Shown here: piece by piece, positions 28,786 through 43,800 of the stretch
Position numbering within the stretch: the first letter of the stretch is position 1
Layout: every line of letters starts with the position of its first letter
Assembly (NCBI RefSeq): GCF_009914755.1
Contig: NC_060948.1
Strand: one strand, 5' to 3'
Length of the DNA: 64,000 nucleotides
Source: the human T2T-CHM13v2.0 reference genome, Homo sapiens
The notes under the pieces: generated by a model
The model's database searches: none
What the model was told of the DNA's origin: nothing
Seen by the model: the letters and a program-made list of their open reading frames with translations, nothing else
Position numbers and translations under genes: made by a program

Positions 28786-31700
28786 TTCTCTTTCTCCTGA
28801 ACCATGCCTACAAAAAAGAAATTTGACACATATTATTGCCCAGCATGCAGATCATGTTACTCTTCTGCATGGGATCTGCATAAAGAGATAATTATGGCAT
28901 ATTGTATATTGCTGGGCCCAGCACCCTTAAGATGTGATGCTCCTGCCTGTGCTGCTGATACCGAAAGTATTTTGACATATATTATGCCCATTATGTAGGT
29001 GTTTTGGCTCTCATAACTGGGCTGGGTTTCTTACACATGTGAAATTGTGTCGTATTTCTGGGTCCAGCACCCAGTTAACGTGACCCAATTTCCTACACCC
29101 TGCATACAGAAGGCATTGTGACATATTGCTGGGCACAGCATCTGAGTGATGTTACCCTTCTGCGTAGTGTTTTGCCCACATATGTCATTATAACATATAC
29201 CCAGTTTAAGCTCACAGCCATGATGATCAAACTTATACTGGGATTCAGCCAATAGAAAATATTTGCCTTTCATTGTTAGGCTTGGGGCAATAGATAAGGT
29301 CCTGGGCTGCATATTTGTACCAAGCTCACAGAAACTTACACAACTAACTTACATTTTATAAACTCCTTTGTGGTAGAAATTTTTATAGCAGGGGCCAGCA
29401 AAAAGTTCAAATTGGGACTCTCGATTACACACCCAGGTGGAATTAAAAGTTGCCACCATCCCACATTTACAAAGCCCACAGTTGAGTCTTATACCTAAAC
29501 CTTTCCGCAAGTGTAATTGTGACATATATTGTATTTCAGTTCCTGAGTGATTTAATAATTCTGCCTAGATATAGCCTACAAAAGCGATTTTGACAAATAT
29601 CTTCATCAAGCACCTTGGTGATTTGACTGTGCTATCTAAAAAGTGTCCTCAGGCAAAATAGTCACATGTTTCTGGACCCATTATTTAGGGTATATGACTC
29701 TCCTCTTTGACCTGTACCCTGCTTCCTATAGTAATTGTACCTTTTCTAAACACTGCATTCAAATGACATGGCTCTCTTTTTTTGGAGAAACTCTCCTGTT
29801 GAGAGGCATTTTGACACATGCTTGAGCCCAGCTTTTAGGTCCTGTGACTCTCCTCTCCTGCCTAGACACAGCCCAAAATGAACATTGTGCAACAGAGTTG
29901 GATTTAGCACACAAGTTATGTGATATTTTGGACAAGACCCCTCCTGCAAAAAGAATACTGGAATATTTCTGGCCCAGCATTTAGGTGATGTGGCTGTTAG
30001 GCCTGATTCATAACAACAGAACAAATTATAACAAATACCTAGGCAGGGCTTGCAGGAATAATAATGACTCTTATATGTGGACTCATCCAACAGAGAATAT
30101 TTTTACTCTTATAATTCAGTTTAGGGACATGCGTGATGTCCTGAATCACTTTCTTGTACAAACATCACAAAAGATTACAACACACACATTTTACAGAGTC
30201 TTTGGTTTATACAGAAAGAGTCAAAGCAGGGTTCAACTCAGGTGAAATTGTGAGTCTTGTATGCACACCCGCCTGACAGTAAGGACTGTCATCATCTCTC
30301 ATGGATGAAGTCAACTGTCACACATGAAAACAGGACATGTGTGGTATTGTAAATCACATCTTTGGAATTTTCTGACAGTGTGATTGTGATATAAATCTTT
30401 GCTAAGCACCAGTGTAATTTGACTCTCCAGACTTGTTCCAGCCCATATGTGGGATTGTGATATCTACCTAGGCCAACCTCAAGGAGATGTGACTCTCCTG
30501 CCTGGGCCCTTCTCTCAGTAAGGATTGTACATATCACTGGATCTAGCATCCAGGTGATGTTCACATTCTTGCCTGTGCCACGCCAACCAAAATTATTGTG
30601 AACATATTTGTGTGTGCACCTCATAGGGATGAAACTCTGATCTCTGGAATGGGCCTTGCACAAAGGAAGGATGGTGACATATTGTGAAGCCAGGCATACA
30701 GCTGTGGGTACTTTTTGCCACAGCCATGCCCAAAGTAGGGCATTGTGACATATCTCTGCACCTATTACCTAGGTTAAGCGGCTCTCCTGCTTGGGCCCTG
30801 ACAACCTGGAGAATGACATATTTCTAGGCCAGGCACACAGGTGATGATACTCTTTTGCCAAGACTATGCTTCACAGGGGACTTTGTGACCTATCTCTTGG
30901 GCCAATAAACTAGTTTATGGGACTAAATGCTTTGGCCTCACACACATAGAGCATTGTGACATGAAAGTGAAACCTGAACCAAGGTGATGTAACTCTTTCA
31001 CCTTGGTTCTGAACTAATCGGGATTTGCAACATACCTTAGGACCCAGTACCCAGGTTATATGGCTCTTCTGTCTGGTTCTGCCCATGTGTTAGATTGAGA
31101 CATACACCTAAAGAAGCACCAATGAGACACCACTCTCCTCTTCTGCCTGAATTCTGCCTGACTTCTGCCTACTGGGGACATTGGGACATGTTTCTAAGCC
31201 CATGACCTAAGTGATATGACTCTCTTCCCTTGCCTCAGCCTTTAAAATGCTGAAATTGTGATGTATTTCTGAGACCAGGATTTAGGTTATGTGACTATTT
31301 CCTTTTTTCTGAACCATGCCCACAAAGGGAAAATTTCACCTATTGCACTCAGATGATGTTACTCTTCTGCTGCAGTCCTGAATAATGAGGGAGTGATTGC
31401 ATAATGGTAGGCCCAACACTCTAATGATGCTTCAGTCCCACCAGTGCCAGAGCCACAGAGGGCATTTTGACATATCTTCAGCCAAATCTGTAAGTGTTTT
31501 GGCTTTCATCCCTTGGTTGAGTTTCTTTTTTTAACAAGTAAAATTGTGTCATATTGCTAGGTCCAGCATCCAGATAACATGACCCTGCTTTCTGTATTCT
31601 GCCTAGAGACAGCACTGTGACATGCTGCGTGCCACAGCACCTAAGTGACATTACTCTTTTTGGTAATTTTTTGCCCACAAATGGGATTATAAAATATACC

Positions 31701-34700
31701 TTGCTTCAGTTTACAGGTATGATGGTCAAACTTACATTGTGATTCAGCAAATAGAAGATATTTTGCCTCTCATCGCAAGGCTTAGGGCAATAGGTAAAAT
31801 CCTGGGTTGCGTATTTGAGGAAAGCTCACAGAACAATAATTAATATTGTATAAACTCCTTGGGTGGTACAGCGTTTCCTAACAAAGCCCAGCAAAAAGTT
31901 AAGATTGTGATTCTGAATTACACACACAATTGAAAGTAAAACTTGTCACCACCCCTCATTAAGAAAGCCCATTGCTGAGATACTGAGTCTAACAAGTAAA
32001 ACAGTACAAAGATGGAATTGTGACTCTCATTTGTGGATTTTGCCACAGGTGCAACCATCACTCATTTTTAGACCCAGCTCACAGGCATAAAAATAAGCCT
32101 CATTCCTGAACTAAGCATAAATGAGAGATACTGACTCTCATATCTGGGTTTAAGGCAATATATAATATTCAGAGTCAAAATGAGCATGTGGACCTCAGAG
32201 TAGTTTGTGAATCTCACGCATGTTGTATAAAACTCTCAGATGTTCTAGAGGATGTCATACAATGGCCCAGCACACACGTGACAATGTGACTTACATACAT
32301 ATGAGTTAACAGTTAAAGGTGTCACCCTAAAAGATGAGGAGATATTGTCATATCATTGGGCCTAGTACCCAGGTGTAAAAACTGCTTTGTTTCCCATGTG
32401 TGCATTGTGACATATCGTTGGGTCAGAATCACAATAATGTGACTTTTTACTACTTGATCCTGCCAAGTAGGGATATTGTCACATATATCTGAGCCTATTT
32501 CTTGGGTGATTTGTCTATTTTGCTTCTGCTTTTTCACCAAAGAACATTGTGACATCATCGGTGATAACATCTAGGAAATGTGATTCTTCTCTCCTGCCTA
32601 GGTCCTGCCCACTAAAAGAATTGTGACATAACGCTGACTGCAAAAACTGGGTAATGCAACTCTCCTCTTTATTCTGGAGTCTGCCAAAACAAGGGATTAT
32701 CACATATTGCGGAGTCCAGCACCCAGGTGATGTGAGTCTTCTCTGTTTCTCTAAGATTATAATGTATCCTGAGCTCACCATCCAGGTGATGAGACTCTCC
32801 TGCTCTGTTTCTGCCCGCAGGTAAAATTTTGTCATATACCCAGCTTCAGATACCATGCAATAATACAACTATCATACCTGGACCCAAAGAGGAGAGATAT
32901 TTTGATTCTCATTGCCATTCTTATGGCCACAAGCAAAGTAATGGTTCTCATAGTGGTATAAAGTTCACACAGTATTATGACACTCCCAGCGTATCATAGA
33001 AAATGTGAGTAGTACAATGAGTGTTATAACAGGGAACAGCAAACCAATGCTATTGTGATTATTGGATTCACACCCAGCTGACGCGACTATCATTCTCTCA
33101 CAAGAACAGAACCTGCAAATAAAGTACTAAATCTCACCAAAAGAGCAGTAAAAGATTGAAATTGTTCCTCTCATATGTGGATCTGACTCACAGGTGGTTT
33201 GGGGTTGCATGGTTCAGCACATCTGTGAGGCTGGGACTCTCCCCCTGGAATGCAGTTATCAAGTGGGATTGCCATCTTCTACATGGATTATGCCCATTGT
33301 TTAGATTGTGTCTCCTCTGTTTCGACCCAACTCACAGAAGGTGTTGACTTTCATACATAAAGCCAGGACTTGTGTGGGGCTGTGAAACTTACTTCAGAAT
33401 ATTTCCTGGTGTATGATTAGGACTTAAAAGTTAGCCCAGGTCCTGAGTAATTTGACTCTCCTTTTTAGGCCATAACCCGAGATGAAATTGTGACATATGT
33501 GGACCAAAAACCTAAGCAAAGGTGCCTGGGCCTGCCTACAAATGTCACTTTTACATATCACTGGGATGAGCAGCCAGGAGATGTGTATTATTTGCTTGAT
33601 TCCTGCCTATATAAAGCATTGTGGCTTTTATCTAGGTCCATCATGTAAGTGACGTGACTCACTTCCACTGCCTTTGCCCTGTAATTATGGTGCATTGTGA
33701 CACATAACTGGATAGTACACTCAGAAAATGTGACACTCCATTCTGGGTTCTACAAACAGAAAGCTTTGTAACATATCACTTGGCTTAGCACTTAGGTGAT
33801 GTTTCTACTCTCCTACCTCACCCTGACCACAGGGGAGATTGTGACATATTGATAAACCCACCTCCAAGGTGAGGTCATTTTCATACTTTGGTTTTGCACC
33901 TAGTGGCCATTGTGACATATATCTAGGCCAATTGCCTAGATGTAGGTAAAGTGATTCTCCTCACCTTCTTAAGCCCTGCCCAACAGAAGAAATTTTGACA
34001 TATCACTGAAACCAGCTTCCAGGTGATATGCCTCTTCTTCCAGGGTCCTGGCCACAAGAAAGATTGTGACATCTCACTGGACCAGCACCCTCACAAGTGA
34101 TGTGACATTTCTGCTTGCTCTCTGTCCATAGACGATATCATGCCATATACTTGAGAGCAAACAAGAGGACTAATCATGACTGTTAGACCTGAAGCCAGGT
34201 CACATCAAAGATGGTGACTCCCATTGCTGAAACTTTCCACCAGTGTTATTGTGACATAGTCTATTTCCCATCTCTTGAGTGACTTAATCATCTTGCCTAA
34301 ATGTTGCCCACAAATGAGATTTGGACATATTACTCAGCTGAGCACCTTGGCAATTTGACTCTCCTGTCTTAAGAATATCCTCAGGAAGGATTGTAACATG
34401 GCTTTGGACCCCTCGTCTAGTTGTCTTACTCTCCTCTGCTGTCTGAACCCTCCTTCCACTGGGGATTCCAGCATCTCTAATCATGCCATCCAAATGATAT
34501 GACTCCATTTCCTGGTCCCTTCAACACGAGACATTGCGGCATATCTCTGGTCCTAGCATTTAGGTGATATGAGTCTCTTCTTCTGTCTGGAAACTGCCCA
34601 CAGGAGCATTGTGCCATATATCTGGGTGTAACCCCCAGTTTATGCAACTTTACTGCCAGGAGTATGCCTACAAGGAGAATATTAGAACATTTCTGGCTCA

Positions 34701-37700
34701 GCATTTAGTGTACTTGGCTGTCGTGCCTATTTCATAAGCCACAATATAAATTGTTACATATACCTAGGTACAACTTAGAGACATGATAATGACCCTCATA
34801 TGTGGACCCCGTAAATACGGTTAATTCTGAGTCTCATAACTTGCTTCAGAAACATGAGAGATTAAATCACTTTCTGGTAAAAAAGAAGACAAGGAAGGTT
34901 ATAAGAGCCTCAGATGTTTTATAAACACCTTGGCCCATACAGAGAGTTTTATAACAGAACCCAAGAGAAAGGTGAAACTGTGAGTCTTATATGTGCACTC
35001 AGCTGACAGCAAGTACTGTCACCGTCTCACATATATGATGCCAACTGTCAATCATGAAAACAGGACATGTGTGGTATTATAAATCTCATCCTCAGAATTT
35101 TCTGCCAGTGTGAGTGATATAAATCTTCGCCAAGCACCTGTGTGATTTTGTTCTCCAGACTTGTTCCAGTCCACATATGTTATTGTGATACCTACCTGGG
35201 CCAAACTTTAGGTGATGTGATGCTCCTGCCTCGGCCCTGCTGTCATTAAGAATCATGACATATCACTAGATCCAGCACCCAGGTCATGTTACATTTTTGC
35301 CTAAGCCATGCATAGAGAAATCACTGGGCCATACCACTGTGTCAACAACTTAGGCAACACAACTCTCCTTATTAGAATGGGCACAGCACTCAGTGGGTGA
35401 TAGTGACATGTGGCTGGGCCAGGCACAGAGGTGACAGGACTATTTTGCTAGTACCATGTCCTAAAGAGGGCATTGTGACAAATCTCTTGGCCTATCCTAG
35501 GTGATACTGCACTCCTGCTTGGGTACTGCTTACCTGGATAACAACATAATGCACAGAGGTGATGGTACTTTCTTGCTAGGGCCATGTCCTAAAGAGGTCA
35601 CTGTGACAAATCTCTGGGCCTATCAGCTAGATGATGTTGCTCTCCTGCTTGGGTCCTGCTTACCTGGATAGTGGACATATTGCTAGGCTACGCACATGGG
35701 TGATGGTACTCTTTCACCAGGGCCATGACTCAAGGAGGACATTGTGACATATCTCTCGGCCAGTCCCCTAGGTGATGTGACTCCCTGCTTCTGTCTTGCC
35801 CACATGGAGCATTGTGATATTTTTTTGTACTTATTTTTTGTAACTCTCTTTTCTGTGTCCTGTCTTAAGGAAGTCTTGTGACATATCTTAGGACCCAGCA
35901 TCAAGGTGATGTGACTCTTCTGCCTGGCTTCACCTCACATGTTAGATTGTGTCATATACCTAGGAAGCACCTAGGTGATATGACTCTTCTCTTCTGCATG
36001 AGTCCTGCCTACTTGGGACATTGGGCCATATATCTGAGCCTGTGTCTTAAGTGATGTGAATCTTTTTTTCTGCAAGAGCCTTTAGAATGGGGTGATGTGA
36101 TATACTGCTAGGCCCAATACTTAGGTAAATTGACTCCTTTTTTCCTGAACTATGCCCATGAAAAGGAACTTTGATGTATCACTGATCCCAGCATGAAGAT
36201 GACAGTTCTCTTGTTACTAGGTCCAGCATAAAGAGAGAATTATGGCATATTGCTGGGGCCCCCACCCTGATGATGTAACTCTTTTGCCTGTGCTAGAATA
36301 ACAAAGTATTTTTACATACCATGGGCCTATTCTGTAGGTAATCTTGTTCTCATCATTAGTATGCATTTCTTTTTCCTACATATTCTACATTTGGGTTTAT
36401 GTCTTATTGCTGAGTCCAGCACCCAGTTATCATAACCCCAATTTCTAGACCTGCATTGAGAGGGCCTTGTGATATATTGCTTGGCACAGCACCTAAGTAT
36501 GCTACCTTTCTGAAAAGTTTTTTTTTTTTTCTACAAATGGTATGAAATTTACATTCCTTCAATTCAGACGCATTATGATCAAGCTGAAATTGAAATTTCA
36601 CCAATAGTAGATGTTTTGCCTTTCATGGCTACACTTAGAACAATAGGTAAGGTTATGAGTTGCAAATTTGTACAAAGTTCACAGAAGGTTACAACAGTAA
36701 CACATAATCTATAAACTCCTTGGTTGGTACACAGAGTTTTATAACAGGGCCCAGTAAAAGTTAAGGTTTTGACTCTTGATTACACATGCAGGTGAGAGAA
36801 AAAGTTGTCAAAATCCCACATTTACAAAGCCCACTGTTGAAGTCCTGAGTCTAACAAGTAAATAAAGTACAAAGATGGAATTGTGACTTTCATATATGGA
36901 TCTTGCTACAGGTGAGATGGTAACTCACTTCTGGACCCACATCAGGGGCATAATAATGTGTCTTCTGTCTGAATCTAGCCTATAAGAGGAATGTTGCCTA
37001 TCATAACTGAGTTTAAAGCAGTATGTAAGATTGTGAGTCAATAGGAGCATGTAGGCCTCAGAATGGATTGCAACTCTCATGCATGTTGCTTAAAGCCTTT
37101 GTATGTTGTAGATTGTGTCATAGGATCACCCAGAATACACATGAGATTGTGACTCCTATATACTCACCAAACAGTCAAAGTTGTCACCCTAATAGATGAA
37201 GAGATTGTGCCATATCACGAGGCCTAGTACCTCTAGGTGTTGAGAATTTTAGGCTTAAATTCTTTTCCATGGTTGCATTGTAAAACATCCCTTGCTTAGA
37301 ATCATAATAGTTTAACCCTCTGCTTGGACCCTGACAACAGGGGATATGATCACATGTCTTTAGGCCTATCAGCTAAGTGGTGTGTCTCTCCTGCCAGTGC
37401 CCTGCCCACAAAGGACACTGTGACATATCACTAGATAAAGCATCTAGGTAATGTGAATCTCCTCTCCTGCTGAATCCTGCCCACTGAAGAAATTGTGACA
37501 TACCACTGAGTGAAAAACCTAGGTGATGTGACTCTCCCCTTTGTCCTGGGCTCTGCCAAGAGAGTCCGAGAAGATGTGCTGAGCCCAGTCCTTAGAGAAT
37601 TTGACTATCCACTTTTTTTAATCCCTGTATTCAGTAGGCATGATGACATATTATTTGAGAGTGTACCCAGGTGATATGATTCTTCTGACTGAGTCCTGCC

Positions 37701-40700
37701 TACAGTGCAGAATAAAATGTATCCCTGGATCAGAATCCAGATGATGAGACTCTTCTGTCTTGTCTCTGTCCAAAGGTGAATTTGGGACATATACCTGGAT
37801 TCAGCTCACATGCACAATAATAACTCTATGGCCATGGGTAGAGTTCTATATTACCCACCTCTAAGAATACACAGAAAAGTATCCCACTCAGGCATATCGT
37901 ATAAAGCCTGAGTGGTACAAAGAGTGTCATAACAGGCACCCAAAACCAGGTGGTATTGTGACTCTTGAATGCACACCAAGCTGACACAATTGTTATTCTC
38001 ACACATGAACAGAGCCTACCAATGCAGTGCTAAATCTCACACACATAAGACTTGAAACTGTTACACTTGTACGTGAATCTGATCCACAGGTGTTTGATGG
38101 CATTGGAACCATGATTAAGTAGAACTGTGGTGCTGTGTCTCTCTTATTAGAACACAGTCTTCGGGTGGGATTGGGGCTCTTACACATGGATCTTCCCATT
38201 GCTGAGATTGTGACTCCTGTACTACAACCCAACTCGTAGAATGTGTTGATTCGCATACTCAAAGCTCGGACTTGAGTGAACTGAAAATTATTTCTGAACC
38301 TTCTTGAAAGTATGATTGGGTCATGCAACCCTTCCCAGCATATGAGTAATTTGATGCACATTTCTAGGCCCAGACCACAGATGAAATTTTGCCATATGCG
38401 GAACAAGCCCCTAATCAATATATAACATCATCCTTGTCTCTGCCTATAAGGGGCACTTTTATATATCACTGGGACCGTCACCCAGGTGATGTGATTTACC
38501 TGCCTGAAAACTGCCTAAAAAGAGAATTGTGTCTTACATTTAGGTCCATCACATAAGTGATGTCACTCTCTTCTACTGTCTTGGCCCTGCAGTTACAGAG
38601 CACTGTGACACATAACAGGCTACTGCACCCAGGAGATGTGATTTTTTGGGGGGTTCTGCCAACATAGTAACATACCACTTGGCTCAGCACCTGGGTGATG
38701 TTTCTTCACTTTTCATTGTGTCCTGACCACAGGGAGCTTGGGACATATTCCTGGGTACAGCACCAAGGTGAGGGCACTCTTTAGCCTTCTTACTGCAGTT
38801 AATGGTCATTGTGACATAATCTAGGCCAATTTCCTAGATGAAGTGAGTCTTCTCTCATGCCAAAGTCCTTCCCACAGAGGGCTTTTTAAAAATATATCAC
38901 TGAAACCAGCATCCAAGTGATCTGACAATTCTGCAAGGGTTTTGCCCACCAGGTGGATTGCAACATCTCACTGGACCTGCACCCATGTAGGTGATGTGAG
39001 TTTCTTGCCTTCTTTCTGGCCACAGGTGATATTGTGTCATATACCTGAGACCAAAACAAAAGCCTAATAACAACTCATATGTTTGGAGCCAGGACATGTG
39101 CAGGATGGTGACTGTAATTCCTAAATCTTTCCACAAGTGAAATTGTGACACATACCTTTGTCCAGCTCCAGAGAGATTTAATAATTCTTCCTAGGTATAG
39201 CCCACAAATCAGATTTTGACAAATACCTGGCCAAGTAACTTGATGATTTTACCGTGCTATTTTAACAATGGCCTCAGGAGGGATTGTATCATATTTCTGA
39301 ACACATCATCTAGGTTACATGATTCTCCTCTCCTGCCTGTACCCTGCTTACTTTGGTAATTGTAGCATTTCTAAACACTGCATCTAAATGATACGACTCT
39401 CTTTCCTGGGCCCTGTCAACAGGAGGCATTTTGACATATTTTGGGGCCTATCATTTAGGTGATATTACTCTCCTCTTCTTCCTGGACACTACCCACAAGG
39501 GACATTGTGCCACAGAGCTGGACCCAGCACACAAGTCATGTGGCATTTCTGACAGGACCCTGTCTACAAAGATAATATTGAAATATTTCAGGCCCAGAAT
39601 TTAGGTGATGAGGCTGTTCTGCCTGCTTCATAACCACTCATGGAATTGTAACATATACCTACGCAAGGCTCGCAGGAATGATAACGACTCTTAGATGTGA
39701 ACTCAGCAAATAGAGAATATTTAGGCTCTTATAACTAGGTGTAGGGACATGTGTGATATCATGGATCACATTCTTGTACAAACATCACAAAAGATTACAA
39801 CATTGACACATACTTTTATAGAGTCTTTGGGTTATACAAGCAGAACCAATGTAGCACTCAGCACACAGGTGAAATTGTGAGTCCTGTATGCAAACCCAGC
39901 TGACAGAAATAACTGTCATCATCCCACATGGTTGCAGCCAACTGTCACACGTAAAAACAGGACATGTGTGGTATCATAAAACTCACCTTTGACATTTTCT
40001 GACAGTGTGATTGTGATATACATATTTGCCAAGCACCTGTGTAGTTGGACTTTCCAGAATGGTCCCAGTTTATATATGAAATTGTGATATCTAGCTGGGT
40101 CAGCCTCAAGGGGATATGACTGCCATGCCTGGGCTCTTCTCTCAGTAAGTGTTGTGACAGATCACTGGATCTAGCAGCCAGGTGATGTTACATTCTTGCC
40201 TGTGCCATGTCCACAAAAATTACTGTGACATATTCCTGTGTCCACCTCATAGGTGATGTAACTCTCTTCTTTGGAATGGGCCCTGCCCGAAGGAAGGATA
40301 GTGACATATTGCAATGCCAGTCACACAGGTGAGGGTATTCTTTTGCCAGAGCCATGCTGAAAGTAGGGCACTGTGACATATCTCTAGGCCTGTCACCTAA
40401 GTTATGTGGCTCTCCGGCTTGGGCCCTGCCAACCTGGAGAGTGACATATTTCTAGGCCAGGCACACAGGTGAGGGTACTCTTTAGCCAGGGCTGTGCTTC
40501 ATAGAGGACACTGTGACACGTCTCTTCAGCTATCACCTGGTTGAAGTGACTCCCTCTCTGGGATCTACTCACATGGAGCATTGTGGAATAAGCAGAGAAT
40601 TTGTACCTCATTTATGTAACTCCCTTTCCTGGATGATATCCTAAGACAGCCTTGTGACATATCTCAGGACCCAGCACCCAAGGGACGTGGCTCCTCTACC

Positions 40701-42334
40701 TTGTTTCTGCTTACATGTTACATTATGCATATTTGAAGGGAAGCACCCAGGTGATATGACTTTCCTCGTCTCAATGAGCCCTGCCTACTGGAAACATTTG
40801 GACATATTTCTGAGCCCATGATCTAAAAATGTGACTCTATTTTTCTGCCTGGGGCTTCACATTAAGAGGATTTTGGCACATTGCTGATCCCAGCACGCAG
40901 AATATGTGACTCTCCTCTTGTTCCCGAGCCATGCCCACAAAAAAAGAATTTGGACCTATTGCAGGGCCCAGCATCCCGATGATGTTACTCACCTGCCTGG
41001 GTTTTGCACAAAGAAGAAACTATGGCATATTGCATATTGATAAGCCCAGCATCCTTATGATGTGACTCTCCGGCCTGTGTTGGAGCCACTGAAGGTATTT
41101 TGACATATCTTCAGCCCATAATGCAGATGTTTTGGCTCTCCTAACTTGGCTGGGTATTTTCTACATGTGAGATGTTGTCATATTGCTGGCTCCAGCACCC
41201 GGTTATTGTGACCTAATATCCCCTATACCCTGCCTGAAGAAGGCAATTTGACATATTGCCTGGCACACCATATAAGTGATGTTTCCCTCCTGCATACTTA
41301 TTTGGCCACATATGGGATTATGACATATATCTTGCTTTTAGTTCACAGGCATGATGATCAAACTTATTTTGGGATTCAGCCAATAGGAGATATTTTACCT
41401 CTCATCATTAGGCTTAGGGCAATAGGTAAGTTCCTGGGTTACATATTTCTACCAAGGTCATAGAAGCTTAACACTGAGTTATATTTTTTCAAACTCTTTG
41501 GTGGTAGAATGTTTCATAACAGGGCCCAGCAAAAAGTTCAGATTGAGACTCCTGGTTACACACCCAGGTGAAATCAAAAGTTGTCATCATCCAACGTTTA
41601 CAATGTCCAAGGTTGAGGTCCTGAGTCTAACAGGGAATACAGCACAAAGTTGGAGGTTTGACTTTTATATGTTAATCTGACAAAAGTTGGGATGGTGACT
41701 CATTTCTGGACCCAGCCCACTGGCATAATAATGGGTCTTCCTCCCTAACCCTGCCTATAGGGAGATGATGACTATCAAACCTGAGTTTAGGGCCATATGT
41801 AAGATTGTGAGTCCATAGGAGCATGTAGTCCTCAGAGAGCTTTGCAATTCTTATGCAGGTTTATAAAACCCTCAGCTCCTGTAGACAGTGTTGTATATTG
41901 GCCCAGCACACATGTGAAATTGTGACGCTAATATACATATTCAGGTAAAAGTTAAAACTGTCACTCTCAAAGATGAGGAGATTGTGTCATACGACTGGAC
42001 ATAGTATGCAGGTGTTGAGACTTTTTGGCTCATATTCCTTTCCATGGGTTTATTGTTACATGTCAATGGGACAGAATCATAATAACTTGACTCTTCTGCC
42101 TGGGCCCTGTCAACAGGGGATATTATTACATATTTCTGGTCTTTTCGGCTAGGTGATGTGTCTCTCCAGCCTCTGTCCCGCACCCAGAGGACATTTTGAA
42201 ATATCACTCTGCTCTCCTGCCTGGGTCTTGCTTATTGAAATGTAACTCCGCTCTCTTGCCTGGGTCTTGCTTATTGAAGGAATTGCGACATATGGCTGAA
42301 TGCAAAACCTAGGTGATGTCTCTCCTGTCTATTC

Positions 42335-43800
42335 AAGAGTTTATATCTGTGCTGAATTTTGTTTCATGACTTTGGTGTTCTACCATTATACCGGCAGCAC
42401 AATCCTTTGATTAATGTAGGTTTGCTTTGTGTTTGGAAATTGTTATGTGTAATGCTTCCTATATATATTTTTAAGATTGTCAGGCTTTTCATGGTTTATT
42501 GGAATCTCAAGTAATTTTGTGGAGTTTTGTCTATTTTTGGAAAAGTAAAATTAAAAATTGAAAAGGAGTGTGTTGCCGGTGTGCTTCACTTTAAGCAGTA
42601 TGGACATCTTCATAATATTTTATCTTCCAACCCTTGAAAAACAGCATGCTTAAAAGTGCGTTGTTTTCTGGGCATGGTAGCTCATACCTCTAATCCCAGA
42701 ACTTTTGGAGGCCAAGTAGGGCTTGAACCAAGGAGGTGGAGATTGCAGTGGAGCTGAGATTGTGCCACTGGACTCCAACCTAGCTCCGGAGTGCCAGAGT
42801 GAGAGTCCATCTCAAAAGAAAAAAAAAAAAAAACTGTGTTGCTTAATTTTTATATTTTTGGAGTTTTTCTGCTTTTCTTTTGTTACTAAATTCTAGTTCC
42901 ATTCCGTCTGGGCTATAAATAATTTTCTGTAAAATTTCAACTGAAAAATAATTAAGACTTCTTTTGTGGTGTCACATGTGGTCCATCTAGGAAAATGTTT
43001 TATGTGCTATTGAAAAGAAAGTCTATTCTGTTGTCTCTATACATTTCTTAGGTGTAGTTGTTGTACAGTACATTCAAGTTTTTGTTCCCTCATTGATATT
43101 CTGTCTTGCTTTATTTATTACTGAAAGTGGGGTATTGATATATACTTCCACTATCTCATTGCTGCCTGCCTATTTTTGATTCAATTCTGTCAATGTTTGA
43201 TTTATGTGTTTGGAATAACTGTCCTGCATTTATAGGTTCTCAGTGAATGAACCCTCTTACTGCATTTGAATGTCCTACTTTGTCCCTTGTGAATTTTAAC
43301 ATAAAATAAATTATATAAATATAACAGTTTTCAACTTAATAAATTGTTACCTCTTCTCCTCTCATTTGATTAACACTTGCATGGAATGTATTTTTATACT
43401 GCCATTTTCAGTCTAATTTTTATTAGATCTGAAATGAGTCTCTTAAAGGCATGACATAGTTACATCCTGATATAGACTACAACATAGCCACATTTTTTTT
43501 TTTCATTTGGAAAGATAATTTTGCAGGCTATAGTATTCTTTATTAGGCTATTTATTTCAGTGTTTTAACTATGTCATCTTATTCCCTTCATGCCCAAAAG
43601 ATTGACATTCATAAATTTACTGGTAATCTTGCAGAAGCATACATATGAATAACACATCTATTTTTTATTTCTGAATTCCAGATTCTCTTCTTTTCTCTGA
43701 CTTTCAAAACATTGCTTATGTTTTGTCTTGTTAGAAATCTCTTTGTGTTAACCTTAGTTGAAATTGTCTGAGCTTCTTGAGTTTCTTAAAATTTTTTACT
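42335..43800 (-). mobile_element. Old L1 (L1M-like) ORF2-derived fragments, interrupted by an Alu remnant
   Basis: T-rich antisense L1-like motifs (e.g. ACTGAAAGTGGGGTATTGA, TTGCATGGAATGTATTTT, GATAATTTTGCAGGCTATAGTATTCT). Highly degenerate, boundaries uncertain. Confidence 0.6.
42665..42833 (+). mobile_element. Monomer-length Alu (left-arm start joined to right-arm end)
   Basis: CTGGGCATGGTAGCTCATACC..GGAGGCCAAG runs directly into GCTTGAACCAAGGAGGTGGAG..CATCTC-polyA. Possible TSD AAAAGTGCGTTG/AAAACTGTGTTG. Confidence 0.85.
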
